This document shows, in pieces, positions 49,223 to 62,015 of a DNA stretch of 64,000 nucleotides (within the stretch, counting starts at the first letter, position 1; each line of letters begins with the position of its first letter). The stretch is from Microbotryum violaceum. Lineage: Eukaryota. A program made the position numbers and the translations under genes. The notes beneath the pieces are model-generated. The model searched no databases. It was not told where the DNA came from and was given only the letters and a program-made list of their open reading frames with translations. The stretch spans positions 124,001 through 188,000 of the forward strand of contig CDLV01000013.1 in assembly GCA_001244265.2 (NCBI GenBank). Direction: 5' to 3'.

Positions 49223-50960
49223 CTACTCCACGAAGATCCTAAAAGCCTTTGTCCCCGTCCACCTCGCCGCCAAAGCCTGCCCCTTCCCCGTTGGCTGACT
49301 GAAAGCAACATCAAGCCTCCTTCGTTCTTGCGAGATGGGCGCACCATAGATGCATCGTGCTGCGATGAAGTCGAGCATCTTGGTACCGAGGCCTTTGCGG
49401 CGATAGGTCGAGCAGGTCCAGATGCGGTGGATGCCTAGTAATGTAGCGACGGGATTGGGGCTATGTGAAAATGAAAGGGGAGAGTCAGTGATAGCTCCGC
49501 CACAGCTGCTGAATTCATCAGGCTAATGCTTACTCGCAAAAGATGGCACCACCCTGATCATCCCCCGCGGAGAACTCGATCGCCCTCCTCCCATCCTTAA
49601 CCGGTGCTCCACCCTGATCCTCGCCCTCCGGAACCACAATCTGATGCGCCTTCTTGATCCTCTGCACCAAACACGCCGCAACGACCTTGTTCTTGTGCTT
49701 CGAGTTCCCCTCCGCAGTAGTCACAAATACGAGCTTACAATCCTGGCGCAACTGCTTGGGCGTCAAAGCGGTTGCACCTAGCTCAGCATCGATCGTAGCG
49801 AGGATTTCTCTGATCTTCTTCCCCGCAGGTTTGGTCGACTTGACGGATGCCGGATCAATCATCGCACATGTGAACTCGGTATCGTGGTCCAAGATGATCA
49901 TGATACCATTGAGGAGAAGAGGAACATGGCAAGACGCTGCGACCCAGTCGACGCCTCCGACGACCTTCTTGTGGTGCTTCTCGTGCAAGGCCATGTCGTC
50001 GGGGGTACGGGCGTAGGACAATCCACACTCGGCGCAGGAGAGGGTCGAGTGACCGGCGGTAGTGAATGGATCGAGATACAACTGCTCCAACTCGGTCTTG
50101 GGCTTGTTCGATGACGACGACGAGGTATTCGAGGAGAGAGCCTTCGAGCCCGAAGGAGCAGTCTCAGGGCTCGAACTCGATGATGGTAACGAAGCTGTCG
50201 TAGACGTTGAAGCCTCAATCTCTTTCGGAGTCGAATTCGATGCCTCGGTCGGACGGATGATACCGAACAGCGACCCGTGGGCTCGCCTTGTCGCAGATTT
50301 GGACGGGCCAGCTTTTGTAGAGAGCAAAGTCGGTGTCGGTTCCGACAACTTGGCTCGTTTCGGCGAAAGCTTGACGAAGAACGAACGCAGATCCCCTGAA
50401 GGTTTCAATTTGGGTGCTGCCACACTCTTCATCGTTGAGGTCAGAGTCTGGACGGGCGAAGCATTCTCCTTGAACAAACGGTCGGCGACGTGGTTCGCTG
50501 GAGGGGACCTCCTCGTATGGGCCTTATCTGAAGATTTGACTGGCGAGGATGAAGATGGAGGTGTCGAAACAATTGATGGTCCATCAGCCTCGCTATCGGA
50601 TGTCATCAGTCCTGATCGAGCGCGCTTGACCGAATGATTGAACACGACCGAGGACGAAGAAGGCGACGAGGACGAGGCGACGCCCGAGGATCTGCGTAAG
50701 CCGAGGGGCCGTCAGTGGGAGTTCGAGTACACGATACTATGACATGCAGCGGACTCACGAGGGCACGTCGGGTTTCGAGGGCTTGTTGGAAGAACCATAC
50801 TGGCGTCTGATGATGGGTCGTGTGCTGATTGATGTGGTGCATGGACCTGGTCGTCAGCATCACGTCACGTTGCGACGCGCCTCGTGCCGACAAACAATCA
50901 CGTGCGGGAGACGCGTCGCGTCTTCGCCCCACGCAAGTGTGCTACTTACGGGTTTGACAT
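49223..50960 (-). CDS. ECO1: Cohesin acetyltransferase Eco1/Ctf7, spliced
   Basis: PIP-box-like LEQLYLD; C2H2 finger CAECGLSY...DDMALHEKHHK; GNAT C-terminus LGIHRIWTCSTYRRKGLGTKMLD...VAFSQPTGKG. Start inferred from micro-exon MSNP|TRPIIRRQYG. Confidence 0.92.
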
Positions 50961-52354
50961 GGCGAGCCAGGCAAGAAAAAGAAGAAAGACGAGAGCAAAC
51001 GTGACAGCAAGCGGTCCAAGGGAAATGAAGCTCCAAGCCGTTGAGCGTGTGCAGTGAGAGGTAAGGAGGTGAGAGCGTGGTGACAAGGACAGCGCGAAGG
51101 TCACGTCGTGAACGCGCGATGCACGTCACGTGATCATAATTGTCTCGCTCGGTAAGATCCTGCAAGTTTAACGAGAAGACGTGGACGCGTCGAATTGGGG
51201 GCACATTTAGCTGCAAATGGAGGTGGACCACCAAAAATCAGCTCTTTATGAGCTCTGTACAACATATACAGGGTGCCTGAGCTTACAGGCCGGACATCGA
51301 TGCGCTGTGATTAGCTAGCTCCTGTGGGGCTCCATGTGCGCAAGAGGGCAACCTCCTGAGCACAGGGGGGTTGCCGAACCGGCGTTGCGCCTCACTCTCC
51401 TCCCAAACGAACTCGCGCGCAGGGTGCGGCCAATCTTATCAGCTTTCACAACCCCAACCTACGCCAAGTTGAAGCACCAAACCTCAGTCGAATGCAATAG
51501 CTCGCGACCCGTGCTCGAAGAGTAAGCGAATATGAGAACGCTTCGAAAATACTGACACTCGTGAGCTTGGGTGGCGAGAACGCTGTCGATCGGCCCTGAT
51601 CTTGAGATCCTCCTCGCCACTCCCTGAGCTCGTGGTTTGAACCTCGACCAACTGGTCCAGAGCTTTGAATCCGACGACGTTCGACTCGTTCACCTGGTTC
51701 AATTACCGAGAGACGATGCAAGGGCCTTTCGGGGAAGTGTGCAAGATTTTGCCAAAAGCGAAGGTTTTGCATGTCATGTGTCGCCTCGTTTCGTGAGGTT
51801 TGGTCAAGTCGGAACGTCTGTCTATATCGGGGAAAGGTGCTATCTCTACTCTGTCATTATGACAGGATCTATTTCTTCCGCCGCCTCTCCACCTGCGTCC
51901 TCATCGACCTCGGACTCACGACAGGAGATTCTGACACGTCCACCTCATCACGACTGAGCACGAAAGAAGCGACTCGGTCTCTCGCCGATCTGCCTGTGAT
52001 TGCCGATTATGCTGGAGTCGATTGGTAGGATGGGGCGGAGGAGCAGAGGACCATTGACGGGGAGCTCATCAAGAAGATGATGCAGAGCGCCCAGGCGAAA
52101 CATAGATCTTTCGGCAGTGATGAAGATGATATACAGATGAGCAGGATCGGCATGGCTTGTAGGTTGGTTGGTAATGATGGTACTGCAATCTCTAGATATG
52201 TGTATGATTCGAACAAACGACATAGAATGCGATGCTGAAAGATGATGCGACGGTACTACTGCTTCCGAAACCCCTGAACTGTTACACAGATACTCCTCCC
52301 GTCCAGCACGACTCGGATGTTACAAGCCCCATCAATTTCCGCCAGAACATCTAA

Positions 52355-54193
52355 TCATTGTCCCATATACTGCCCTCCATACCCATGGACCGCAGTTGGG
52401 TCATGACCTGTGCCATTCTGATAGATATGCGAGAAAGCCTGGTCGTGCCCTTCCTGTATCCCCGCTCCCAAAGGCTGAGAATATGTTCCCTCGAGTTGGA
52501 TATATTGTTCGTGTGTATTCGGGTAGTCCACGTGTTGTTGATGCTGGTGGTGATGCTGATGGTGATGAACAGGATGGCCAGGTGAAACCCATTGTCTGCC
52601 ACCATCTTCAACGGGATACGATGGTGCCGACGATGAGGACCGCTGATCCCGCACCTGCTGAACCGAGTGATCGCCATGATACGTTTGTTGCAAACCATCC
52701 GCAAGCACGAAATGAGGCTGATCATAACCTTGATACGCCGACGGATAAGCGGCCTGCGCGACATACTCCGTTTCTGTCTTCCCTGACGAGTTCGGTCTCA
52801 GATCGACCGCTGTTTGCGCGTGCTGAGCAGGATAATGATGCGCATATTGCTGCACGGGTATGCTCGCCTCGATCGACATCTGATGCGTCGAATAATACGC
52901 CGACATAGAACCAACAACTTGATCCTGATACGCCGTCGCCAAAGTTGACGTTGACGCCTCATTCGATCCCTGAAGCTTCGGGGACCCGCCCGAATGATTC
53001 GAGCGACTTGAATCGGGTGAATAGGGAGGTCCCACTGGAGGCCATATCGACGAAGCAGTGGTCTTCAACGTCGTTGTCGAATGATTCCTAGTATGTTCGT
53101 TCGCTTCACTTGCTTCCGAATGACCCGACGACGATCCCGATCGATTGGATCCCGATTGAGGTGAGACGAGGTTCTGGTTCTCGTGGCCGAGATGAGCGGC
53201 CCTCCAAGAGACCTCAGGGGCTATCTCTTCGAATCGCCATGTGTAGAGCGGTTCGAGCGTGGGTGGTAGGTGGCGTGGTGGTGGAGAGGGCATCTTTCGT
53301 GGTACCAAAGAGCGCAAGAGCGCATCTCGTTCTTCGGCCGTGGGAGGTGTCAAAGGGGTGTACTCGGATGCGGGTATGGCGTCCTTCTTGTTCGATAATC
53401 GCCGGGCTTTCAGCTTGTCTTCCATGAGTTCTGTGAATATCGAACTCCGGTCAACCTCAAGCTCCTCATAAGCCCTCACCCTGTCCACATAATTCGCCTC
53501 CGATTGATCGCTCCCATTCTCCCTCAAAAACCCGAAAAAGAAACGTACTCAACCTCTTGTCCAGCTCCTTAATCCTCTTCTGCCTTTTGGCCTTCCTCTC
53601 CGCAGCATGTTGATCAAAGAGTTGATCCGCAAGTGAGGTCAAATCTTCCTGCGCGGGCCCGTTGGATTCGGGGCTGGGTTTGAGGTAGATACAGGGTGGG
53701 TTGTGGTCGACGGGCAGGCCTCGGGATTGGGAGATGAGGACGCAGGCGCCGCAGCGGGGTAGGGCTGGGGGAAGGCACGTGTGTTGGTCAGTTCATAAGC
53801 TTGAAATATGTTAATGATCCCAGAAAGACCCGGTTGCAGGGCTCGAGAGCTCCTGCCACGTATGGACCAAACGTCAGAAAAATCCGACCCGGCATTCGGC
53901 CCAAGCGCATGATGATGGTGAAGCAGCGAACGAAGGCTGGAGAAAACGACGAACCTGCATCGCATTGCGACTGCGGGTGACAGTCCATTAGCTGCTGGTC
54001 ACCACCTCAAGAGAGTCATTTGATCTACCTACCTTCCTGGCTATACACGCTTGACATGGTGTGCCTGCACGAGTGTCGAACGCGGTCAGGCTGGCCTTCC
54101 AGGCAGCACCCGGGGACAACGACAAAACTGACCTGGTCCATTCGCCACGAGCCACTTGGTCGATGTGATCTGTTTCGGCAGGACGATCACCAT
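52355..54193 (-). CDS. Zn(II)2Cys6 transcription factor-like protein, spliced
   Basis: Spliced cluster TPCQACIARK|SQCDA|ALPRCGAC-X16-CIY, then a coiled coil (KRQKRIKELDKRL) and a Q/H-rich tail. Start inferred. Confidence 0.75.
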
Positions 54194-54549
54194 ACCTACT
54201 TACCGGAGGGTGCGTAAACACCTTCTTGCTCTCGCTCGAAGTCGCAACTTGAGTCACAGAGAAGGTGGCCGGTTACGCGGTCACTACTGCTGAAGCGCTG
54301 AAGCGCAGATAGACAGTGGCGCTTAGTCGCGCTTTAAGCTTTAAGTTGGCTCCGTTCCCCGTCTTGTCGAGCCTGCGCTTGCCTACGCCGATCAAAATCG
54401 ACAAGCAGAGTGGAACTTACGTTCTTTCTCCAGATTACGATCGATCACGTGCGCATCCCAAGAGGAAAAACGAAGACTTTGCTTTATCACAGAATCTAGG
54501 TGCAACAAACCTTCCACATTACATCTGCAATATGTTCTTTAAACATGCT

Positions 54550-55925
54550 CTATTTATCCACATCCACATCAAACTCCTGCCCAAAACTCTTTGGCCGATG
54601 AGTCCTTCCACTCCTCGACTTGGTCGTCACAGCCGGTACGGCGAGCGTAGCCGAGCTCGTCTTGGTTTCACTCGTCATCGTCGTAGCCGATACAACCTCC
54701 TTCAGCGACGACGACGTCCTCGGTACCACCGAGGTAGGAATCTCAACAGGCCCAGGTGTGGCACTCGAGCCTCTGCCCGGAGTCGAAGACGAAACCGATG
54801 ATTCTCTCCTCTTCGCCGTCGCAGCCGAAGATCTCCGCGTCGAAGCAGCCGAGGTCGAAGGTCGCTTGCGTTTCTTGTTGGCTGGTGCGGTTATTCCAGA
54901 GGTTGAAGGGCCTGGTGTTCCTTCGGCTGTTGGTGTACCGCTGGCGAGTTTGTTTGAACGTTGAGGAACGCCATATGATGCGGCTGAGATGAAGAGGGAG
55001 AAATCGCGAGGTTCGGGGGGTGGGGGTGGAGTTGGAGGTCGTGGCTTGACAATATGTGTAGGGGTTGGCATCAACGCGATCTGAGTGTAGCAAGAAGTGT
55101 GTCAGCCTTTGTAGGATGCCGCCCGTGAATACTTAAAATCCGGCTGACCATCCGATTCCACCACACCTCGACTTTTTGTCGTTCCTTCCCTTTACTACAA
55201 CTCAAACTCTCCAATTCTGCTTTGACCGCCTTAGTCAACGACTGCTCCAACCTGATCGACATGGGTACAGGATAATTCCTATTCAAAGGCTTGATCTCGC
55301 CCGTAAGTGGATCCTTCGTAGTCGAAGTATCGACGAGCCGCTTAAAGTCGTCGGGGACGAGGATGAAGCTCAAAATTGCCTTGCCAGCCGGGAGAGGCTC
55401 GAATATGAAATGTAGTGGTACGAGATAGGTATCCGTCGGTACTTCACCGAACTGCAAAGCCAAAGCTGGCCGCCGAGTCGAGGTCGAGGAAGCATTCAAA
55501 TTTGCGCCGATGGTCGAAGCCGGAATCGCAGCGGTGGAAAGCGACGAGGCGACATTCTGAGCAATCAAAGCTTCAATCGAAGTCAGCGCCGGGTCCGGAG
55601 TCACAGTCGCCAATGGTGTGGATGTGATGGTGGTCGTCGCCTCCGAGTCTTGAGTCGGTTTCGTCGAGGCAGCTTCGCTCGACATCGAAGCTTGCGGAGC
55701 GGTCCAGGCGACCCTCGACAAACGAGTATTCTCGAACATATGCGGACCAATCGATACAGTCAAAGTGAGAATGTGTTGCAGCTCGTAAGATGGCAGATTG
55801 GTCGATTGCACAAATTTGGCTCGAGCGGGTCGCGTCGAAGCGAAGAGAGGCAGCGAATCGTACAACAGCCGTCGACGGGATTGTTGTAAGGCCTCGACGA
55901 TGGTCAAGTTGGATTCGAAGGGCAT
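54550..55925 (-). CDS. Swc3-like subunit of the SWR1 complex (putative)
   Basis: VEALQQSRRRLL..F..; LTVSIGPHMFENT; ALQFGEVPTDTYLVP..ILSFIL..PMSIRL. These recall the conserved N- and C-terminal blocks of Swc3-family proteins. Confidence 0.6.
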
Positions 55926-56342
55926 TGCGACCAGGGGTATTTGATGAGCTTGTTGGTCCGGTTGGCTACCCCTTTGAGCAGAAGCCGTACAGAGAGTTTC
56001 AACGGTCGGCGACACCGGTATGGAACGTGTGAAGTGGGTCGTGAGGTGATGCGAGTGCCCGCAGAGACGTGCCGTAGACTCGTGTAGTACGCCAAGCTGA
56101 GATCGGGTATCAGAGTGTTGGCACCGGGCGGGGCAGAGTGAGGCGGACGCGCAGGCTCCGTGCGACCTCGTGCGACTGAGCTCGAGTGGGTTCGCGCCCC
56201 CCATTTTCTCCAGCTTTCTCACACTCTGGCTCCTCCGATCACTCCCCCGCCGTTGAACCCCCTGTCTCGATCTCGTTTCCTGGCCTCAACCCCGCCTTTG
56301 TGCTCTCCTTGAAGCCACGGAGGTGCCCCCACTCCATTCAGG

Positions 56343-58108
56343 ATGGTCTGGCCCTGGCCATCGAACCATGAAGGTCGACTCGCGGTGGTCGGTTGTCACT
56401 TTTGTGCGACCAAGCTCGACCTCGTCAATGCCAACTATGATGATGCTCGTGGCAACGGCAAGGGCAAAGCAGTGGCCTATGATCGACCTGTAGCTGTGGG
56501 AACGCGAAGGGATTGGATTTGTGGCTATTGCGCGTGTCGGAATCATTTCGATCAGGTCCGTTTCGGCGAGGACGGTCAGCTCGGCTCATCCCACTGACTT
56601 GATGACCCCAAACACTAGAACGGCGTCATCATCTCGGACGAACCAGCTCATCATGATCCTCAACTGAATCTCGAATCTTTCTCCCGAAGGGGTGAGTTCT
56701 CGCTCCCCGGACCCACTTTCATCGTCCGACCGATCCGATTGATAGTTGTCGTGACCCCCTTCGCTCATGCCTCCCCCAATTGGACACCGCAGCGACGCCC
56801 ACCAAATCCCGCATCACCTCGTCCACACCCGAGAAACAGTCCCCGTTCTGTCGAAGCTGTCTCTCGAACCAATCGTTGCAGATCCACCTCCTCGCCTCGT
56901 ACGACCTCGACTCCGATCATCCAGTGGCTTCTACGTCCTCGACACCGACTTCGGTGTCGAACTATCGTCAATCCTTGGATCGACGATACCCCATCGTTTG
57001 TTCGACGTGTCTTCCCTCTGTCGAATCCATCATCAAGCAGCGCGACTACTGGACGAAAACTTCCCTCTTTGGAAGTCGACTTCGAGAATCTCAACGGGCT
57101 GCCTGCAAGACGGGTGACAAACCAACCAAAAGATTATCGTTCTCTACAATAATCGTGTGGAGGGTGCGAGGAGTGCTATGGTACTCGATATGGATCTCCT
57201 CGGTGCTCACCAACGCCTGGGCACTTTGGGATTCAACAGTATCGAGCAAACCATGTCCCCTTCCCGTGGTTCTCCTCCTCGCTTCCAGTCTCCTCTGGAT
57301 CAACTGGGATCCAACGTGGCTTCGATTGTATCGTACCAAGGTACTCAAACGACGTCGAATACGCATTCAAGGTCGAAAGCTATACATCTCCCTCCAAATG
57401 CTCGCTTACACACATCGCCTTGCGTTCGCCCTTTGGCATCATCTCAAGCCCGCGTCGATCGTTCCCCCACTGTATGCTACCAGTTTGGCCCTCCAAGTGG
57501 TCTTCTTCATTATTTCCTTGTACGCGATCCGCCTCGTCCCACGCGCCCAAGTCCGTATAGGCTCTTCGAGACCCGTCATCCTCCCCACCTCCCCAGCAGC
57601 GACTCTCACTCCAGATCCTCTCGAACCGATCGAAAGTCTCTCCATTTCTTCGGACCTACCTGCGCTCTTCCCCATTCACCCTCAATACCCTCAATCTACG
57701 CCGAACGCCAACCCAGGATCGAAACTCCCCCTCTTCTCTACCACGCTCCTACGCCACCGCCTCCAACCCGAACCCAAATTCGGTCAACCCTGGATCCAAG
57801 CCTCCCCCACCTCTCTCTACCAACACCCAAACGACCAAGATGGTGATATCGAGATGTCGGATGCTGAACCCGATCCTGAAACCGTAACTGAAGCTAAGCG
57901 GTGGAATGGGAAGCGGGGTGAAGTGATCGAGTTCGGGAAATCGAAAGTTCGTTGGGGTTGGAACGAGCCTAGTTCGGGATTGGATGAGGTGTTTGAAGAA
58001 AGGATGAGGGTCGATGATGAGGCGTCTCCGGTGGGGGGAGAAAAGGAGCACAGCCTGGATGCTAAGACTGAGGGAAGATGGAGGTGGTTGAGGTGGTTCG
58101 GGGGGTGA
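56343..58108 (+). CDS. IMA1: Inner nuclear membrane protein Ima1 (Samp1/NET5 family), spliced
   Basis: Four CxxC pairs: CHFC, WICGYCACRN, PFCRSCLSNQ..LASY, YRQSLDRRYPIVCSTC; followed by TM helices and the WDPTW motif. Confidence 0.88.
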
Positions 58109-58570
58109 TGTGTTGAAGCTATGGAGCCGCAATCCGTAATCCCTAGTCCGAACTACATCATGAATTTATTCAGAAAGAATGTGGCTTAGGAGATAGACTC
58201 GCTGTTCTTGACTGACTGTGTTGAGCGGCCGATGGTGAATGTGTCAATGTACTCTTTGGTCTGCCGCACCTGCCAGCGGTATTTAGAAGTCACGTACGTA
58301 CAACCATTTCTGCATTTTCAGCACCCTTTAAGCCGGCCCACCGGTAGGTCAAGACTTTTCTTGACTCTTTTCCGTACTACAGGCTAATTGAGTCAAAAAT
58401 TGCCTCCGTGAATTTCCTCGCATCTGAGATTTGAGCTCTAGACATTATCGTTGGTCGGTATTATCGCTCCCATTTAGTTTAAGGGGTCCCCGCCTTATCA
58501 TGTTACAGTGGAAATTCATTAAATTGCACTCCTGTCACCAGGCATACTCCCTCAAACAGAGCAGCTCGCA

Positions 58571-61500
58571 CTAGGTCTCCGCCCTCGCGCTCATCCCCGA
58601 AAGCCCTTGCGCCCTCTGAGCCTTCACAAAAGCCAACAACTGCTGCCTCATCGCCGGATCCTGGCTCGACACACTGACGCCATACCTCTCCAACTCCTCA
58701 TCCTCCCTCAGAGCCTCATCGCCATACATCTCTTCATCTCCTCCCCCATCACTAGGATCATCCCTGAACGCCTCTTCGTCTTGCTCGTGTTCAGAATAAT
58801 CATCGGTCGGTCTTGGCGTCTCGGCTGAAAGACTGGTCATCGTTCCCGATTGAGTCAAGGGGACTCGACCAGGTCCTTCCAATTGGGATAATCTCGAGAC
58901 CATCAACCCATTGAGGAATGTCAATTCCGCGACCTTGGTCTTCAACCTCCGGATCTGCGCTTCGGCAGAAAGGCTCGATCCTGCACTCCTCGACATGGAC
59001 GACGACGCCGACCCTTGTCTAGCAGTCTTAGATCTCGAGGCCGAAGAAGCAGCCGATCGTCCCGCGGTCCCTCCTCCGTATTGTCCTCTCGAACGGCCCC
59101 TTCCTTCCCTTGACGTCCCACGACCCGACGACCGACTCCTCGAACTATCTTCATTCTGATTCGACGAAAGCGGCGAAGCGGAACCGTCATACGCCCCTCC
59201 GTGCGGTTTTCGATGTCGATCGACTCGCAGATCCCCCAACGAAGCTTCGACATTCATCATGGACCTTCGCCCATCCCCATTCGAGAAAGCATCGTCGTCG
59301 TCGGCCGTATCACCTTCTAACTCATCAATCTCGGAGAGGTCCTCGGCTCCTTCGCGCCCTTTGCCTTTGAAGGAAGAGAAAGCGTTGTTGCTCGTGCCAT
59401 CCCGATCGCGTTTTTCAGGTCGACCTCGGCGTTCATCGTGTGGTGAGCCAGGGACATCGGCCCGTCCTGCAGCGAGACCCGTACCCGCTTGAGCCCGAGG
59501 AGGTGGCGCGGCCAAAGTTCTCCTCGCGTTCGTCTCGGGGGAACGAACGCCCTCCTCGGCCGAACCAGTCGAGACGACGCTTCCGGCAGAAGTACTCGAG
59601 ACGGACGTTGCTCGCCGGTGTCGTGGGTATTGCGGTGCGAAAACGGAGGGCATCATTGGAGCGGTGCTAGCCGAGATGGACGTAACGGAAGGCAAGTGAA
59701 TCCTCTCCGTCTGTCCATTCTGGTCCGAGGCCATCGTCGCGTGATCATCAGAAAGTCGAGGGGATCGATTGCCGTTCGAGACCAGTGGCGCGAGAGTTAA
59801 ACGTCCATCGGCTCCGTTCAACTGCGGTCGAGGAACCGGATTTGTACCTCCGAGGGGGGAATGGCTGTAGCCTTGAGGCAGCTGACGGGGACCAGGATAC
59901 AAAGCAGAGTTGGATGCAGAAGGGTGAGGGGGTGATGCGGTCACTCCCGCTGACGCAGACGTAGATGCCGGATTGCCGCCTCCGATCGTGCCACTTTCCG
60001 AAGTCGGAGCGGTCGCGGGAGATCGTGATCGAGAGTTCGATTGAGCATGCGCGATAGCAGGGTGCTGCGACTGAGTTTGCGAATGGGCGTGCGACGCCTG
60101 GGCTTGTGCTTGCACATGAGCCTGAGCGTGAGCTTGAGCACCAAAGAGAGGGGGAGGGTAGTATCCAGGGGGCATCGAGTGCTGGCCAACGAAACCTGGT
60201 GGTGGGGGATAGCCGTAGGGCGGGTAGTAGCCTTCGGGCGGAGTGGTCGCGTGGAGTCCGGGGTTTGCCGGGTGATATCCCGGCAGAGGAGGCAGAGGAT
60301 AGCCGTAGGGCCCGGGTCGTGGTGCTCCTCCAGCCAGCACTCGTTCCGCACTTGTTGGTCGAGAATCGAGTGACTGCGCTCGTCGACCATCGGTGGAACG
60401 CGAGCGGGATCGAGGTGGCGGGTAAGGGTGATGGTGATGGTGGTGGGAGGGTGCGAGCGGGTGGGGCTGGTAGTAAGGGTACGGATACGGGTAGGCTCCC
60501 GGATACCCTGGCGGTATGGATGGTGGCTGCCCAAAGGCGACGTTATTCGGGGACAGCCCGGTCTTCCTCGCCTTGCGACCGTTCGAGTCGACCTCGGAGA
60601 AGGCGCCATCATTGAAAGGCTTGTTGCGACCGTCCTCCATCTCGGCATCCTCTTCATCCATCCCGGGCCCACTCTTCCTCCCAACAATACCGGCGTCTCT
60701 CGACCTGCTCATGCTCCTCTCCTTTGACTTGGACGTCGTTCGCGAGGAGGAACTTGACGTCGAGGCGCCGAGAGCCGAAGGCGAAGCCGAGGCGGAAGAT
60801 CCGGTCGAGGTCAACGCCGAGGGGTTGCTTCTATCCTTGCTCGTGCTCTTGCCCTTGCTGCGGTTGCGCGACTTGATGACATCCGTCTTGAGCGAGATTG
60901 GCCTCGGTCGACCTTTCATCTTGAAGAAGAGGGCGCAGGCGTTACATAGGATGTGCGAGCTGTCGTGCGATCTGCGCCAGAGCGGTGTTGTCTGTGCGGA
61001 GCAAGTAACCCGAGTCAGTTCACCGTGGGCTTGACTGTCGCCTCCTCGATCTCGCCTAGACGGGCAGAGGGTCGTCTGCTACGTTATTGACGCATGCTGC
61101 AGCATCGACCCCAGTCGACTATCGCGTGACCACCCTGTGATCCGACTTCAATCGGTGCCGAACGACTTGCCGGACCCAAACTCCGTGCTCGGTGTCTGGG
61201 CAGCAAATCCAATCTGATATATCGGCGAGGGTCACTGACCTGGGTCAAGCAATTTGCACACATGGGCAGATCCTATCGGAGAAACGCACGGGATTCGGGT
61301 CAGCTATCGGATCAAGGTACATCAGATCGCTGCTCGGGATAATCAGGGAGATGCTGCAATGAGGAGCGCTCGGTGTTCTAGGTTGGTGAGACCCCGAGCC
61401 TGACTAGAGGCTTGGGCATCACCCGCGCTTGGACGGCGACAGCCGCTTATGCCGAAGAGGGGCGATGAAGCTGCTTGCTTACCTTGTTGTAGTTGGCCGG

Positions 61501-61767
61501 CATTTGCGCATTCGGAGAAGCGACTGCCGTCAAGGTTGGATCTAGGATCGCGACATCGCTCGTCTCGGCGTCCTGGGAGGTGTTGTTGCTCGTACTGGCG
61601 CTGGGATTGCTGCCAGCCATGAGCGCCGCGGCGGCTAATACCGCGGAGGACGAAGTCGAGCCAGCCGCAGCAGCAGCGCTAGTCGTCGAGGTTGAAGCGA
61701 TCGGACCGCCCGAGTTGGCCACCTGCGAGAGCGTGGCAGCAGCATCCTGTGCAGCCGGATCCGACAT
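58571..61767 (-). CDS. GATA zinc-finger transcription factor, AreB/ASD4/Gzf3-like, spliced
   Basis: DLPMCANCLTQ|TTPLWRRSHDSSHILCNACALFFKMKGRPRPISLKTDVIKSRNR, plus C-terminal zipper LKTKVAELTFLNGLMVSRLSQLE; both typical of the AreB/ASD4 clade. Confidence 0.88.
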
Positions 61768-62015
61768 GGTCGACAACAGACTACGTCGACGGCGAAAGGG
61801 AGGTGGTGCGTCGTCGTCGTCAATCAGCAGATTCGTGGCGGGCAGAGGCGGACGAGCGAGATGAGCCAGGGCCAAGGTAGCCAGCCGCGCAAGGTTGACG
61901 AGGCCGCGTGCGAATGAGAGGGAGCGCAGAGTGGAGCACGAGGCGGGTGGAACGGGGAAGAGCGATTCAGTTCAAGCGCTAATCGGATAATCGACAACGA
62001 GCTACTTGAATCGCT

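Noticed and set aside
51637..51780. MULE/FAR1-like N-terminal fragment (SVQDFAKSEGFA)
   Set aside because: Single short motif with no downstream transposase sequence.
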